A stretch of 64,000 nucleotides of DNA, taken from IMG/VR virus record IMGVR_UViG_3300046336_000034, positions 23,009 to 87,008 of that record; one strand, given 5' to 3'. This DNA is from a virus. The position numbers and the translations under genes are program-made. Shown in pieces: positions 19,429-29,009 of this stretch. Position 1 is the stretch's first letter; each line of letters begins with the position of its first letter. The notes below the pieces were generated by a model, which saw only the letters and a program-made list of their open reading frames with translations, was not told where the DNA came from and ran no database searches.

Positions 19429-22022
19429 ACATAATTCCTGTCTATAACTTGAGCAATTGGAAGAGTTGAATCACTGATACTAAGCAAGTAATCGTACACT
19501 TGGTACGGGACATATCCAGCCTTGATAACCTTTATATCCACATATGTGCTAGGTGCATACGTGTAAACAAATCCGTAGTTGTCTGCGGCATTTTGGTCTA
19601 CATTCGCAAGCGCTGTATTAGTGTCACTTGTTTTAACAACAATGTCTGAACCTGCTACTAATCCTGTCAGGGTGAGTGTGTTTACTGAAAACGGATACAA
19701 ACTTGTCTGTTGTGCTGTACTCGTTGTTGTCATAGGTATAGCTAATCTAGTAAGAATATTACCAGCATTAACTATCAGGGTTGTAGCACGTATTTTAAGT
19801 TTAAAACCTGTTGTGCTATTGATGACCTGTGAGCTTAAATTAACTGCATTCAACGCTAACCATGCACCATATCCAGAGCCTGTATCAATAGCAAACTCGA
19901 TTGTATGGTTTCCCCAAGTGCTACCACTTGTCCATGTGACGTTAGTACCTGTAGCTGTAGTCAACGCATTAGTAAATGCTGTGTAGCCAATAGCAAAAAA
20001 TGGCATCTCCCATGTCACTTGGTCACCTGCTTTTGTCAATAAGACAGAGCCGCTTGAGTTAAATTGAGGCAAACCGCCCGTGATGAAACACTGCGCAGCG
20101 GTTGACGATGTGGGTTCATTACCCAGTAGGTCAACAAATCCAGCGGTTGTACTTATAAACCGAGTCCCCCAATGCGTACCATAAACTGATACCTGCCCAC
20201 TGGTTGCTGCTGTCAATCCACAACTTTTATATACAGTATTTAGTGAAGCAATTACAGACGTATCCGCATAGTCACCCATACAGTTCTCAATGAGTACATT
20301 GGTATCAGAGTTTACGAAGCTGTATGGCCCTGTACGAGTGTTACTCAGGTACATGCGCTTGATGGTGATACCATCGTTGTTACCTGCACCGTTTACACCG
20401 ATACCTGTGACTGTTGCAGTCATCACTAAGGGAGTAACACTATCTGTACCTATGCTTTTAATCAAAGTCTCATAACAAGCATTAAGTGTAACTATACCGT
20501 TGTATGGGCCGTTGTTTGGAAGGGGTAGCAAGAATCCACTAACTGTAGTCTTGTTGCACCCTGTTGCGAAATCTAACGCATATTGCGGATTTGTACTTGT
20601 TGTAGTCGTTGTAATTGTGTGGTCATAGTACGTAAGATTATTGATTGCACAATTTTGAGCACCAACAAAGAAACCTCTACCTCCGACAAATATTTCGTTT
20701 GTAAACGTGCAGTTCACCGCCTGAGTCGAACTGATACTACCAGTTGTGGCATTAGCTCTCAATGTCAATGACAAATGAGTGTTACCTGAAAAGGTTACGT
20801 TTGTTGCATAGTTTATAGTGCTGACATAGCTACCAGATGCGGCTAATGAGAACCTATTGAATGCATTATTTTGAACTAATCCACCAGCAAAGCATGAACT
20901 CACAGCAAGTGCTGCTTGGGCACTTTGCGCTTGGGTGGGTGCAACAATACAGTCCGACACATCTAATGGTGAGGCTATTTCTGACAGAATCATTGAATCA
21001 GATATAGCACAAGATTTATATTTTACATAAAAAGCTTGTAAAAAGTTAACATACCACTGAATAACACATCCACGTAAATCAAAATAACCTGCACCAGTGG
21101 TGACGAACTCTTGTCTTGTAGCAATAGTCGCATTAGGTAATACCCGTGTACCTGAGCCTGATGCAGAGCGAGTAACATTTGTTAGGATAATAGCGGGGAT
21201 ACGAACTTTACAACCTGTGGGTGGTAAAAAGTAAACGCCATTAGTTCCATCATTCCCAATAACAATACCTGCTGTTGTTTGCTTAAACAGTTTTACGCTT
21301 CCATCTGTACGTGTAGTAGATAAAGCGACTTGTGAGCCTGCACTTGAGAATCGATCATAGACACCAGAACCTGCCGATGTCTCAATCCACACACCAGTGA
21401 ACACACCTGCATTAGTTGCTGTTGTTGGGCATTGAATCACTTGACCACGCACGCCTGTGGTAGTTCCAATTTGAAACCATGCTTCAACCGTCTCTACAGC
21501 CCCAATACGGGGTACTGTAATCGTTGCCGCATCTGCCCCACGTACCTCTATCCACCCTTGTACATCAGCCCCTGTACAAGTAGCTGTAATACCAGTCAAA
21601 AGACCTGCGGTAAAGTCCCCACCTGCTTTGTTACCAATCTTTATAAAACCTGTTGCCCCAATAGCTGCACCTGCGACAATTGGTTCTGTCTGCCATGTTG
21701 TCCAAGCGCCTAGAAAGACACCAGTAACACCTCCTTGGGAGATGGCAGCACCGTAAGCAGGGGAGTTACCTGCCCCACCTGTATAGGCAATAACTCTTAC
21801 ATAGGTTGGGTCAATCCTCAGAGTACCACCTGTTCCCGTGAACGAGACTGTATCTAATGACCCACCAGCTACGCTATGGTTAGAGCAGGCGTATGTGTCA
21901 GTACGTATTACCAGTGTTGTATCATTGCTTATAACATGTGTATCAAGGGTTGCGTTAACAGACGGGGAAGTTAGTGCGTCAAAGTTAACGATTGCACCTG
22001 TGTTATGTGTATAAGCCGTCAT
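19425..22022 (-). CDS. Large Thr/Gly/Asn-rich putative structural protein with beta-helix-like middle
   Basis: 865 aa; C-terminal TLTGLVAGSDIVV...AQVIDRNY. Confidence 0.55.
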   Translation of the reverse strand: MTAYTHNTGAIVNFDALTSPSVNATLDTHVISNDTTLVIRTDTYACSNHSVAGGSLDTVSFTGTGGTLRIDPTYVRVIAYTGGAGNSPAYGAAISQGGVTGVFLGAWTTWQTEPIVAGAAIGATGFIKIGNKAGGDFTAGLLTGITATCTGADVQGWIEVRGADAATITVPRIGAVETVEAWFQIGTTTGVRGQVIQCPTTATNAGVFTGVWIETSAGSGVYDRFSSAGSQVALSTTRTDGSVKLFKQTTAGIVIGNDGTNGVYFLPPTGCKVRIPAIILTNVTRSASGSGTRVLPNATIATRQEFVTTGAGYFDLRGCVIQWYVNFLQAFYVKYKSCAISDSMILSEIASPLDVSDCIVAPTQAQSAQAALAVSSCFAGGLVQNNAFNRFSLAASGSYVSTINYATNVTFSGNTHLSLTLRANATTGSISSTQAVNCTFTNEIFVGGRGFFVGAQNCAINNLTYYDHTITTTTTSTNPQYALDFATGCNKTTVSGFLLPLPNNGPYNGIVTLNACYETLIKSIGTDSVTPLVMTATVTGIGVNGAGNNDGITIKRMYLSNTRTGPYSFVNSDTNVLIENCMGDYADTSVIASLNTVYKSCGLTAATSGQVSVYGTHWGTRFISTTAGFVDLLGNEPTSSTAAQCFITGGLPQFNSSGSVLLTKAGDQVTWEMPFFAIGYTAFTNALTTATGTNVTWTSGSTWGNHTIEFAIDTGSGYGAWLALNAVNLSSQVINSTTGFKLKIRATTLIVNAGNILTRLAIPMTTTSTAQQTSLYPFSVNTLTLTGLVAGSDIVVKTSDTNTALANVDQNAADNYGFVYTYAPSTYVDIKVIKAGYVPYQVYDYLLSISDSTLPIAQVIDRNYV

Positions 22023-22023
22023 T

Positions 22024-22673
22024 TTATAATATCTCTGTCAAAACTGAGGTTAAAATCCCCGTTGTGTAATTAAGCGTCTTACGCACTGTTTGGTCTACTT
22101 GGAAATGGTCAACATACTGAAGAACACCACCTGCCCAATACAAGAGTTTATATGTACCGTCTGCGTAGTCCACTCTTTGCAAATCTTCACCTGAATAAGT
22201 CAGTTCATCTAGACCCTCAGTCTCTGTACTCACTGTTCCAGTACCTGTGGCGGTTTGAACCACGACAACGGAATGTTCAACGGCTGTGATAGGTGCAACA
22301 TTGGAAACGATAGTTTTACCATCTGCAAGTTTAAGAATTAAACGCCCTTTATCGTCGAATTGAGCGCCTACAACATCGTTCCCTTGGGGTAGGTTAGCCT
22401 TGGCTATTTGAGGCTCTTGTAGAGCTTCCTGATAAGCCTGTGGGTTATTTCTGATGTCCAGGATTGCTTGAAGGTGTCTTGGAACAGCAGGTTTAACAAA
22501 TTTCTTAATTGTTTTCTGCTCTGCCTGCTTTACAAGGGCTAAGCCTTTGAAGATTGCCTCATCAGTTGACCTACCGTTTGCTAGGGCTTCATTGGCTGCG
22601 TCTGCAAAGAGTAATCTTATTTCTCTACTCTTCCCTTGTAGTGTGGGGTGTGTTGATAGGGCTGTGTATTGCA
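22024..22673 (-). CDS. Hypothetical head-region protein with ChaB-like N-terminus
   Basis: Likely start MQYTAL; LFADAANEAL...DEAIFKG resembles ChaB-type helical domain. Confidence 0.5.
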
Positions 22674-23245
22674 TCTTGTTTTCCGTGTCTCTCTGAGTAC
22701 CTAGCACCTGCTGCATTGAGTTCTTGTTGTTTTAGTAATTTAAAATTCATTGCTAAGTCAAAAGCTCCGTCTACACCGTATTTCGAAATTGAAAAACTCC
22801 TGCCACACTGTTTTCCAGAGGGGAGTTTCCAATTTACTTCCCATGACTCATAGACACGCCCTTTTATAATCTTTTTACGCAAGCACATCCCTGTGAAACC
22901 AGAAGTGTTTGTTGACCGCTTCTTCTGGTTTCTTGAGTTAACCGCATGAGACACTTCTCTCAGATTGAGAAAACGATTGTCAGAGCGATTACCATTCTTG
23001 TGGTCAATTTCCTCCGTAGGGAAAACACCAAACGCGTATAACCAAGCTAAACGGTGAGCTTTATACGGAATGTTATCTATCTTAATTACTGTGTAACCAT
23101 GTTGGATAGTGCCAGCGGGTTGTCCCACTTTGACACTGTTTGCGTGAGGATAAGGTTTCTTAATCCAGACAAACACCCCAGTCTCTTTGCTATAATCTAG
23201 CACCTCTTTTAACCGTTCTCTGGTTAATTCTCTATTAAATTTCAT
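22625..23245 (-). CDS. HNH homing endonuclease
   Basis: AHRLAWLY, IDHKNGNRSDNRFLNLR, NTSGFTG. Confidence 0.9.
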   Translation of the reverse strand: MKFNRELTRERLKEVLDYSKETGVFVWIKKPYPHANSVKVGQPAGTIQHGYTVIKIDNIPYKAHRLAWLYAFGVFPTEEIDHKNGNRSDNRFLNLREVSHAVNSRNQKKRSTNTSGFTGMCLRKKIIKGRVYESWEVNWKLPSGKQCGRSFSISKYGVDGAFDLAMNFKLLKQQELNAAGARYSERHGKQDAIHSPINTPHTTREE

Positions 23246-23278
23246 TCTGATTCCTTCGTAAAAGGCGTAATAATAAAA

Positions 23279-23331
23279 GCAAAAGGAAGTAGTTTACGAA
23301 GCTACTTGTCGGCTGCCGCCTATCCTTTGTT
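23279..23331 (-). ncRNA. Three-stem leader RNA D upstream of HNH gene
   Basis: P1 aaagga/tccttt; TA-ggc-ggca-gcc-GACA; P3 agtag/ctact with loop CTTCGTAAA exactly complementary to TTTACGAAG at the RBS. Confidence 0.75.
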
Positions 23332-23378
23332 ATAACTTAATAATATATTATATCACAAATACTCTAGTATTTCAAATA

Positions 23379-24848
23379 CTATGCCGCATTATCTGTATTT
23401 ACACTGGAAGTATCTGTTCCAGATAATGTATTAGCTGTTCCCTCTCCTGCTGTTTTCATTCCATCTCCTGAACGGGAAGTCTTTTCTGGGAGAATTACAT
23501 CTAAATCTGTACCTTCTGGTAGGGAGTCTAAACCTAATTTACCTAGGATGTCATTAATAACGTCAAGACTTCTAGGTAAGAATCCAACAGCACCTACTCG
23601 TTGTACAAATTTGGAATATGATTCCATGTCTGTATCTTCAAAGCCCTCATAATCAAAGGTACACTGGCGAGATATATCCCATCCGTTTAATTCATACAGA
23701 TGCTTAATAAGGTCGTTATTAAACACCTGCACAATACTTTTCAAGTACGCTTCTACTTGAGTGCCTGTCAGTGAGTTCTTAATTGATGCTAAAGCAAAAC
23801 TACCTGTCGATGTGTTACCTAAAAGTAAGAGGTCAGCAGCTAGTCCAATGAATATCATCTCTCGGTAGTAAGATTTTATTTTCGTTGTATCAAAGGACTT
23901 CTGACCTACCGTGGACATAAGTTCCAAGTCAAACAGCTTCTGCTTAGTATCTGGGTCTACATCACTAGGAAGCATCACACCTGCTTGAGAGTTCTGCTGA
24001 AGATTCCTGAGGATGTTCTGGAAGTTCAAGAGTGCTGCTTTTTGTTCAGGGGATGCCTCAGAGGACATGTACTGAGCAGGTAAGGTTAATAAAGGTACAC
24101 CCTGTAAATCCTTAGCTACTCCAGATGCCTCAAGTTCTTCAATCGCTTGTAAATACTTCCAAGGAAGGTATACGTTCCTCAAAGGAGAAGTACCGTAAGG
24201 GTTGGTTTTATTCTGTCCTACAGTGAACAGTAAGAACTTCTCACGAGGGAGAACAACAACACCTGTTGGGTGCTTTGTATAACGTCCAAAAGGGTCGTTA
24301 ACGTATGCTAGGTTTTGCTTCATACCTATTACATCGTTACCCTCGTCATCAAACACAAAATTAGTGATACTTTGTTGATGACGTAACGCTAACTTTTTAA
24401 TCCCAACCAAACCATCGTTGTACATAGAACCTTCTTCTTTGGTTCTACGGCGAAGGACCTTCTCTAGTGGTGCAAAACCATAATCTAAGGAAGTTAAACT
24501 GGAAGCAATGACATCCTCTAGCGGGATTTCCATATCACCGAGCATTTGCTCGATAATTAGTGCTTGCTTCTTCTCTTTAGCTGTGGGGTTTTTACAAGGG
24601 AGAACTCTAAAAGTTGCTTTAGTCAACATGGACTTATAAAGACCTATTGCTGCATTACATGCTGGATGTAGAAGCATTTGTTTGTAGGTCTTTAAGTTCG
24701 TTGGAAAGTTCAGTTCAGATTTGATTTCCTCAGCAGGAATACCACCAAACATTCTCATACCTGATACACCCATTTCACCTAGAGTAAAGGCTTCTGGTTT
24801 ATCTAATCCACTGTACGATTTTTCTACTTTTGATTTTCTTGTTGTCAT
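23379..24848 (-). CDS. Portal protein
   Basis: 489 aa after TerL; YGFAPLEKV, NPYGTSPLR, TGSFAL motifs. Confidence 0.88.
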   Translation of the reverse strand: MTTRKSKVEKSYSGLDKPEAFTLGEMGVSGMRMFGGIPAEEIKSELNFPTNLKTYKQMLLHPACNAAIGLYKSMLTKATFRVLPCKNPTAKEKKQALIIEQMLGDMEIPLEDVIASSLTSLDYGFAPLEKVLRRRTKEEGSMYNDGLVGIKKLALRHQQSITNFVFDDEGNDVIGMKQNLAYVNDPFGRYTKHPTGVVVLPREKFLLFTVGQNKTNPYGTSPLRNVYLPWKYLQAIEELEASGVAKDLQGVPLLTLPAQYMSSEASPEQKAALLNFQNILRNLQQNSQAGVMLPSDVDPDTKQKLFDLELMSTVGQKSFDTTKIKSYYREMIFIGLAADLLLLGNTSTGSFALASIKNSLTGTQVEAYLKSIVQVFNNDLIKHLYELNGWDISRQCTFDYEGFEDTDMESYSKFVQRVGAVGFLPRSLDVINDILGKLGLDSLPEGTDLDVILPEKTSRSGDGMKTAGEGTANTLSGTDTSSVNTDNAA

Positions 24849-24877
24849 ATATTGGATTAGCTCCTTGGAGATTTACT

Positions 24878-26577
24878 TTAAGTGAACTCGCCTTGTTGAA
24901 GGGGTGCTGCACCTGTGGGGAGTTGGGTTGTTTGGAAGCCGAAAGAGGTTGCTTGGGTTAGGTCTGGGAGGGAGAAGGATGGTAAAGGTGCTTGCTTATT
25001 TAGTAAAACAAAACAATCTGAACTTGCATCTGCTTGGTCGTCCTTATAATTATTAGTACCGTCGAAGGTTTCGAGTTCCCTGTGGTAATCCGCATTCCAC
25101 TCACCTTTGACAATGCTAACAAAACCACCTTCTGCTACAGCAGCAAACGGAGCAAACCGCTGTACCTTAGCTCTTGTAGGCTTAACTAATCTACAAATAA
25201 AACCAGCTTCTAATAGACGCTTTTGTAATCCCTTGACATAAGCTCCACCACCTGCGGGGTCAAGAGGTAATCCGACAACTACGTCTGTGCCATCTGCTCT
25301 TGCTGTATTGAGAATAAGTTCTTCAACAACATGTGCTCGGTCACGAATCCTAACGACATCTTCAACTGTATAAAGTGACTTAACATCTTTAGACATCAAA
25401 ACACCTGCTGTATAATCAGGATTTTTCGAGGAGCTTTCATTTGGTTTTGTGAAACTCAAATCCCAAGCCCTGACACGTTTAAGCACCTTTGCGGGAGGGT
25501 ATAGAACTTCTATTACCCAGTGTTGTTTCCAGTAACCTGATGCACTCTCACGAGCGTACCAAGAACCGTAAAGTAGGCGTTCTTTTTCTACTAGGGGGAG
25601 GGCTTTTAGTTTAGAAATATAGCTTGGGTCAGCCTTCATCAACACAGGATTTGAGTAGATATTCCCCGGAATAAATTTGAAACTAAGTATCCCCGACTCA
25701 CCACCTGTGCCATAGATTTTCTCAAGTTCTTCTCTTGAATCTGCCCATTCCATACCGCCACCAGATACCTGCACAAAATACCTGTTAGGATACTCATCCC
25801 GTATTATTGGAATACCTCGTTCGTCAAGTGCGTACTCAACCCACTCACGCATAAAGGAATCGTAATCGGGATTACCTGTCGCAAAGATTTGTTTCTTAAA
25901 ATCTACGGAGGTTGACCTGAGCCTAGAGAAAAGATAAACCACATTCTCCCTAGAGAGCTGTTGAATTTCATCGAAGCCGAGAAAATTAAGTTCTGCCCCC
26001 TGCCAGTTATATTTATCTGATGGGTTATCTAAGTAAGCAAACTTCAATGTTGCACCTGAACTGAAGATAATTTCTAAGTCTCGATTTCTTACTTTTAAAG
26101 CTGGGTCAACCTTCTTATATAATTGAATTGCAGCATCAAATAAGCCACCACTGTTACTAAGTTGCTTTGTTGTTTTACGAAATATCACACCACGAGTACG
26201 AGGATGGTGACAGAACTTCAGGAATGAGCCAAGCAAGCAAAATGATTTACCTGCTCCCGCTGCCATATTTGTTATGTGATTCGTTAATTCACTCCCATAT
26301 TTCTACGGGTATCGGACTATATCTTTAATCTTTCGATTACCTACTGTTTCGACTGCACTTGCAGCCTACAAGCTTTCGCTTTAGTCTCTACACACGCCCA
26401 GAGATTACTCTCTTGCTTGGCTCGGTATTGCCCTCGGCTTTACGTTAGGGTTTCACCGAATTAAATAGGTTTTGCTCGGAGGCGCAATTCACCACCGTAG
26501 TAAGTTATATCAGCATCACTCAAAAGGTACTGCTCTTGAGCTTTGGACGCTGGTGCAAACACTAATTCTTCATTCAT
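24878..26577 (-). CDS. terL: Terminase large subunit (exon 1 26491-26577, exon 2 24878-26263)
   Basis: Splicing restores Walker A YYGG|AAGAGKS; Walker B FLGFDE; TGNP; RAWDL, DYTAG and DDQAD nuclease motifs. Confidence 0.93.
26264..26490 (-). mobile_element. Group I intron (227 nt, no ORF) in terL
   Basis: 5' exon ends in U, intron ends in G; core AATTCGGTGAAACCC, GGGCAATACCGAGC, GTAGAGACTA, AAGATATAGTCC; P1 GCCUCCG pairs with exon CGGUGGU with a U.G at the splice site. Confidence 0.92.
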
Positions 26578-27691
26578 CCGTTTCCTTTATTCTTATGTAG
26601 ACATCTCGCATTTTATTTAATAAAACTGATTCAAGCTCCACAGGATAACATTCGGTGTAACCTGTTCTACGCATGTACTGTTTCATTTTTTCAACGGGAA
26701 GTTTATACTCTATGAAATCTGAGTGTATGTCCAGTTCAAGTTTTGTCGCAACTCTTCCATTAACAACAGGAAACGAGTAAAGCAGGTCTGAAGAACTTCC
26801 ACCTAGTAAGCCATATTCTCTAATGCGGTTTTTTGGGTTTTTACCATAGCCGAGTTTTAAGAAAGTAAAATCAAATACCTTGATTTTAAATAGGTAGATA
26901 TTACTTGCATTATTCAAATATGAATCGTTGCATTCGTGACAAATAAAATTATTACGAGTCACGCAAACTTTGTCTATATCCCTGATGTGCCCACAGTCTA
27001 CAAATCTATAACTTTTAAATCTCGATGGAAGCTCAAGGCTTGAGGCATCTCCTAGTAACTCTAATCCACGTTGCCTTACTAGCGCAAGATATGCAACTTC
27101 TTCGCAGTCACTGCACTTAGGTACACCATGTTTAAGTCGGTGCTCTAACATATAGAAAGTATGCCCGCACTCTAAATGTCTGTACCTATTATAACTGTTG
27201 GGGCGATTAAGATGCCTAGCTGCCTCTGGTGCTTTCTCTACTAACTCTATACCATATTTTGACGTTGCCAGTGTGAGCTTTGATTGCGTACACTCATCAC
27301 ACACATAAGGAATGAGCGGAGGTTTTTGTAAATTACTGTAGAAAATATCTACCTCATGCCCACACTCTAGTACTTTGTACTTTCGTTTCAGAACACACCC
27401 ATCAGAGGAAGCCCCAAGACATAACAGACCTCTTAAAGACTCTGCTTCCTCTGCACGAGAGTCTGAGCACATCTTGCAAGTAAGTACTCCTTTACTATTA
27501 CAAATATTACTGATTTGTCTAACCGTGGAATGACCACAGGTATTAAAAATATAGTTTCCGTACCACCTAGGTTTCTTTAAAAACATACTTAATAAAGTAA
27601 GTCCACGTTTAGATGCGTATCCTTGATTTAATTTAAATCGTTGAACTTCCTTATTAGTGTTGTCATTGATTAAGTCTGTAAACATTCCCAT
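26570..27691 (-). CDS. Zinc-ribbon repeat protein with C-terminal GIY-YIG/T5orf172-like nuclease domain
   Basis: Four CGH...CxxC repeats; IYLF...LKLGY...RI...LE..IH...TECY. Confidence 0.75.
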   Translation of the reverse strand: MGMFTDLINDNTNKEVQRFKLNQGYASKRGLTLLSMFLKKPRWYGNYIFNTCGHSTVRQISNICNSKGVLTCKMCSDSRAEEAESLRGLLCLGASSDGCVLKRKYKVLECGHEVDIFYSNLQKPPLIPYVCDECTQSKLTLATSKYGIELVEKAPEAARHLNRPNSYNRYRHLECGHTFYMLEHRLKHGVPKCSDCEEVAYLALVRQRGLELLGDASSLELPSRFKSYRFVDCGHIRDIDKVCVTRNNFICHECNDSYLNNASNIYLFKIKVFDFTFLKLGYGKNPKNRIREYGLLGGSSSDLLYSFPVVNGRVATKLELDIHSDFIEYKLPVEKMKQYMRRTGYTECYPVELESVLLNKMRDVYIRIKETDE

Positions 27692-27721
27692 ATTATCTCC
27701 TCAGATAATCCTCTAAAATAA

Positions 27722-27776
27722 AACAAACAGCGGGAGAATGAGGAGTTCTCTTTCGGGAATGACCCTAGCTGTTGTT
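27722..27776 (-). ncRNA. Three-stem leader RNA B upstream of endonuclease
   Basis: P1 aacagc/gctgtt; TA-ggg-tcatt-ccc-GAAA; P3 gagaa/ttctc with loop CTCCTCA exactly complementary to SD TGAGGAG. Confidence 0.78.
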
Positions 27777-27787
27777 AAAACTATTAC

Positions 27788-28177
27788 TTACTCTTCGACC
27801 TTGTCAATTTCTTTACCACCAGAAATCATTGTCAACGAAAATACAGGTGCTTTAGTAGTAGGTTGAATTTCCTGACCTTCTTGTTCATCGTACTCAGTTG
27901 AATAAACATCTTTAATCAACTCCCGATAAATCTGAAGTACCAGAGCTGCACTCTTCAACTTATTCTGGTCTGAAGAATCTTCGCTTTCTATAATTTCCAT
28001 CACAGTTTTAACACTTGATGAAAGATGAGGCTTCAACTTACGGATTAAGCTAATAAATTCTCTATTTCTGACCTCTCGGTTTGTTAGAGGCTCGGCTTTA
28101 CGTCCGTCAATCCTGCCTGACATGTTAATATTAGGGTCGGTATCACCACCCAGTAACTCGCGTCTCTTAAAAACCAT
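27788..28177 (-). CDS. terS: Probable terminase small subunit
   Basis: DPNINMSGR N-terminal motif, size, position upstream of TerL. Confidence 0.6.
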   Translation of the reverse strand: MVFKRRELLGGDTDPNINMSGRIDGRKAEPLTNREVRNREFISLIRKLKPHLSSSVKTVMEIIESEDSSDQNKLKSAALVLQIYRELIKDVYSTEYDEQEGQEIQPTTKAPVFSLTMISGGKEIDKVEE

Positions 28178-28359
28178 ACTATACTATCCTTTTACACCTG
28201 AAAGTATACAATAATATACCACAAACAGCAAAAGCCTCCCTATAGGAAGCTAGTTAAAATTAATGACAATCTTTATTTAAACAGGCGTTGTCTTCCTGTT
28301 GACGCTTCGTACTTTTCAATACTCTCCGTGGTCAAAACGTGCCCTAAGGTAGTGGGACT

Positions 28360-28435
28360 TGGTGCTCCGTGGAGGATTTGAACCCACGACCTCACCCTTA
28401 CAAGGGGCGCGCTCTTCCAACTGAGCTAACAGAGC
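28360..28435 (-). tRNA. tRNA-Thr(UGU)
   Basis: Cloverleaf GCTCTGT/ACGGAGC, anticodon loop CTTGTAA, TTCAAAT loop, encoded CCA; one T-stem mismatch. Confidence 0.9.
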
Positions 28436-28444
28436 TAATTCTTT

Positions 28445-28981
28445 TTAGACTTTACAATCGGTTGTACCATTCAGTACGCCGTAGATATGCGGTAACCAAC
28501 CCTTGCGAACTTCACCGTTGGTGAACTTACCATCAACTACTTGCCCCTTGATGCCTACCTTAGCACCGCCAACATCTACAGCCATGCCAAGTGAACCATC
28601 GAGATTCATACCACCTTCAACAGGGTAATCAGTAAGAAATAAATTTAATTTAGATTGTTCTTTAACAATCTGACCATTCGCATCAAACACGAACTTAAAA
28701 CCGTTTCCCAGTAAAGTCATTTCACCTCCTTGATTTCGCACATCAGTAGGATAGTCTCCTGTAATCGTAATACCCTTAGATGCCGCCTCAATCACTAGGG
28801 CTTTAACCCTATCTTCCATAGGTGAAGCATCTACAGAGCCTGTAATCTGGCAAGAGAACTTAGTCACTGCTGCAGGAGCAGTCTCAACAACTCCACTGGT
28901 GCAAGCTGTAGTAGCTAATATTAAGACAAGGGTAAAAATAATAAAGGAAACCTTCAACCAATGGTGATTCCAAAAATTCAT
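28445..28981 (-). CDS. Putative lipoprotein
   Basis: From MNFW: hydrophobic stretch FIIFTLVLILA then lipobox-like TTA-C. Confidence 0.6.
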   Translation of the reverse strand: MNFWNHHWLKVSFIIFTLVLILATTACTSGVVETAPAAVTKFSCQITGSVDASPMEDRVKALVIEAASKGITITGDYPTDVRNQGGEMTLLGNGFKFVFDANGQIVKEQSKLNLFLTDYPVEGGMNLDGSLGMAVDVGGAKVGIKGQVVDGKFTNGEVRKGWLPHIYGVLNGTTDCKV

Positions 28982-29009
28982 ATCTGGCTTAATCCATTTA
29001 TTAACCCCG

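Noticed and set aside
214-22853. Plus-strand ORFs opposite the structural genes (e.g. 3104-3502, 9913-10434, 19579-19986)
   Set aside because: Antisense shadows of well-supported minus-strand genes; no recognisable motifs
24878-26266. TerL starting at MAAGAGKS as in the ORF track
   Set aside because: Truncates Walker A; the ATG is the last three bases of the intron
28270-28359. Theta/HDV-like ribozyme after tRNA-Thr
   Set aside because: CGAA and a P4-like hairpin are present but there is no room for the P1 3' strand; kept only as an unnamed candidate
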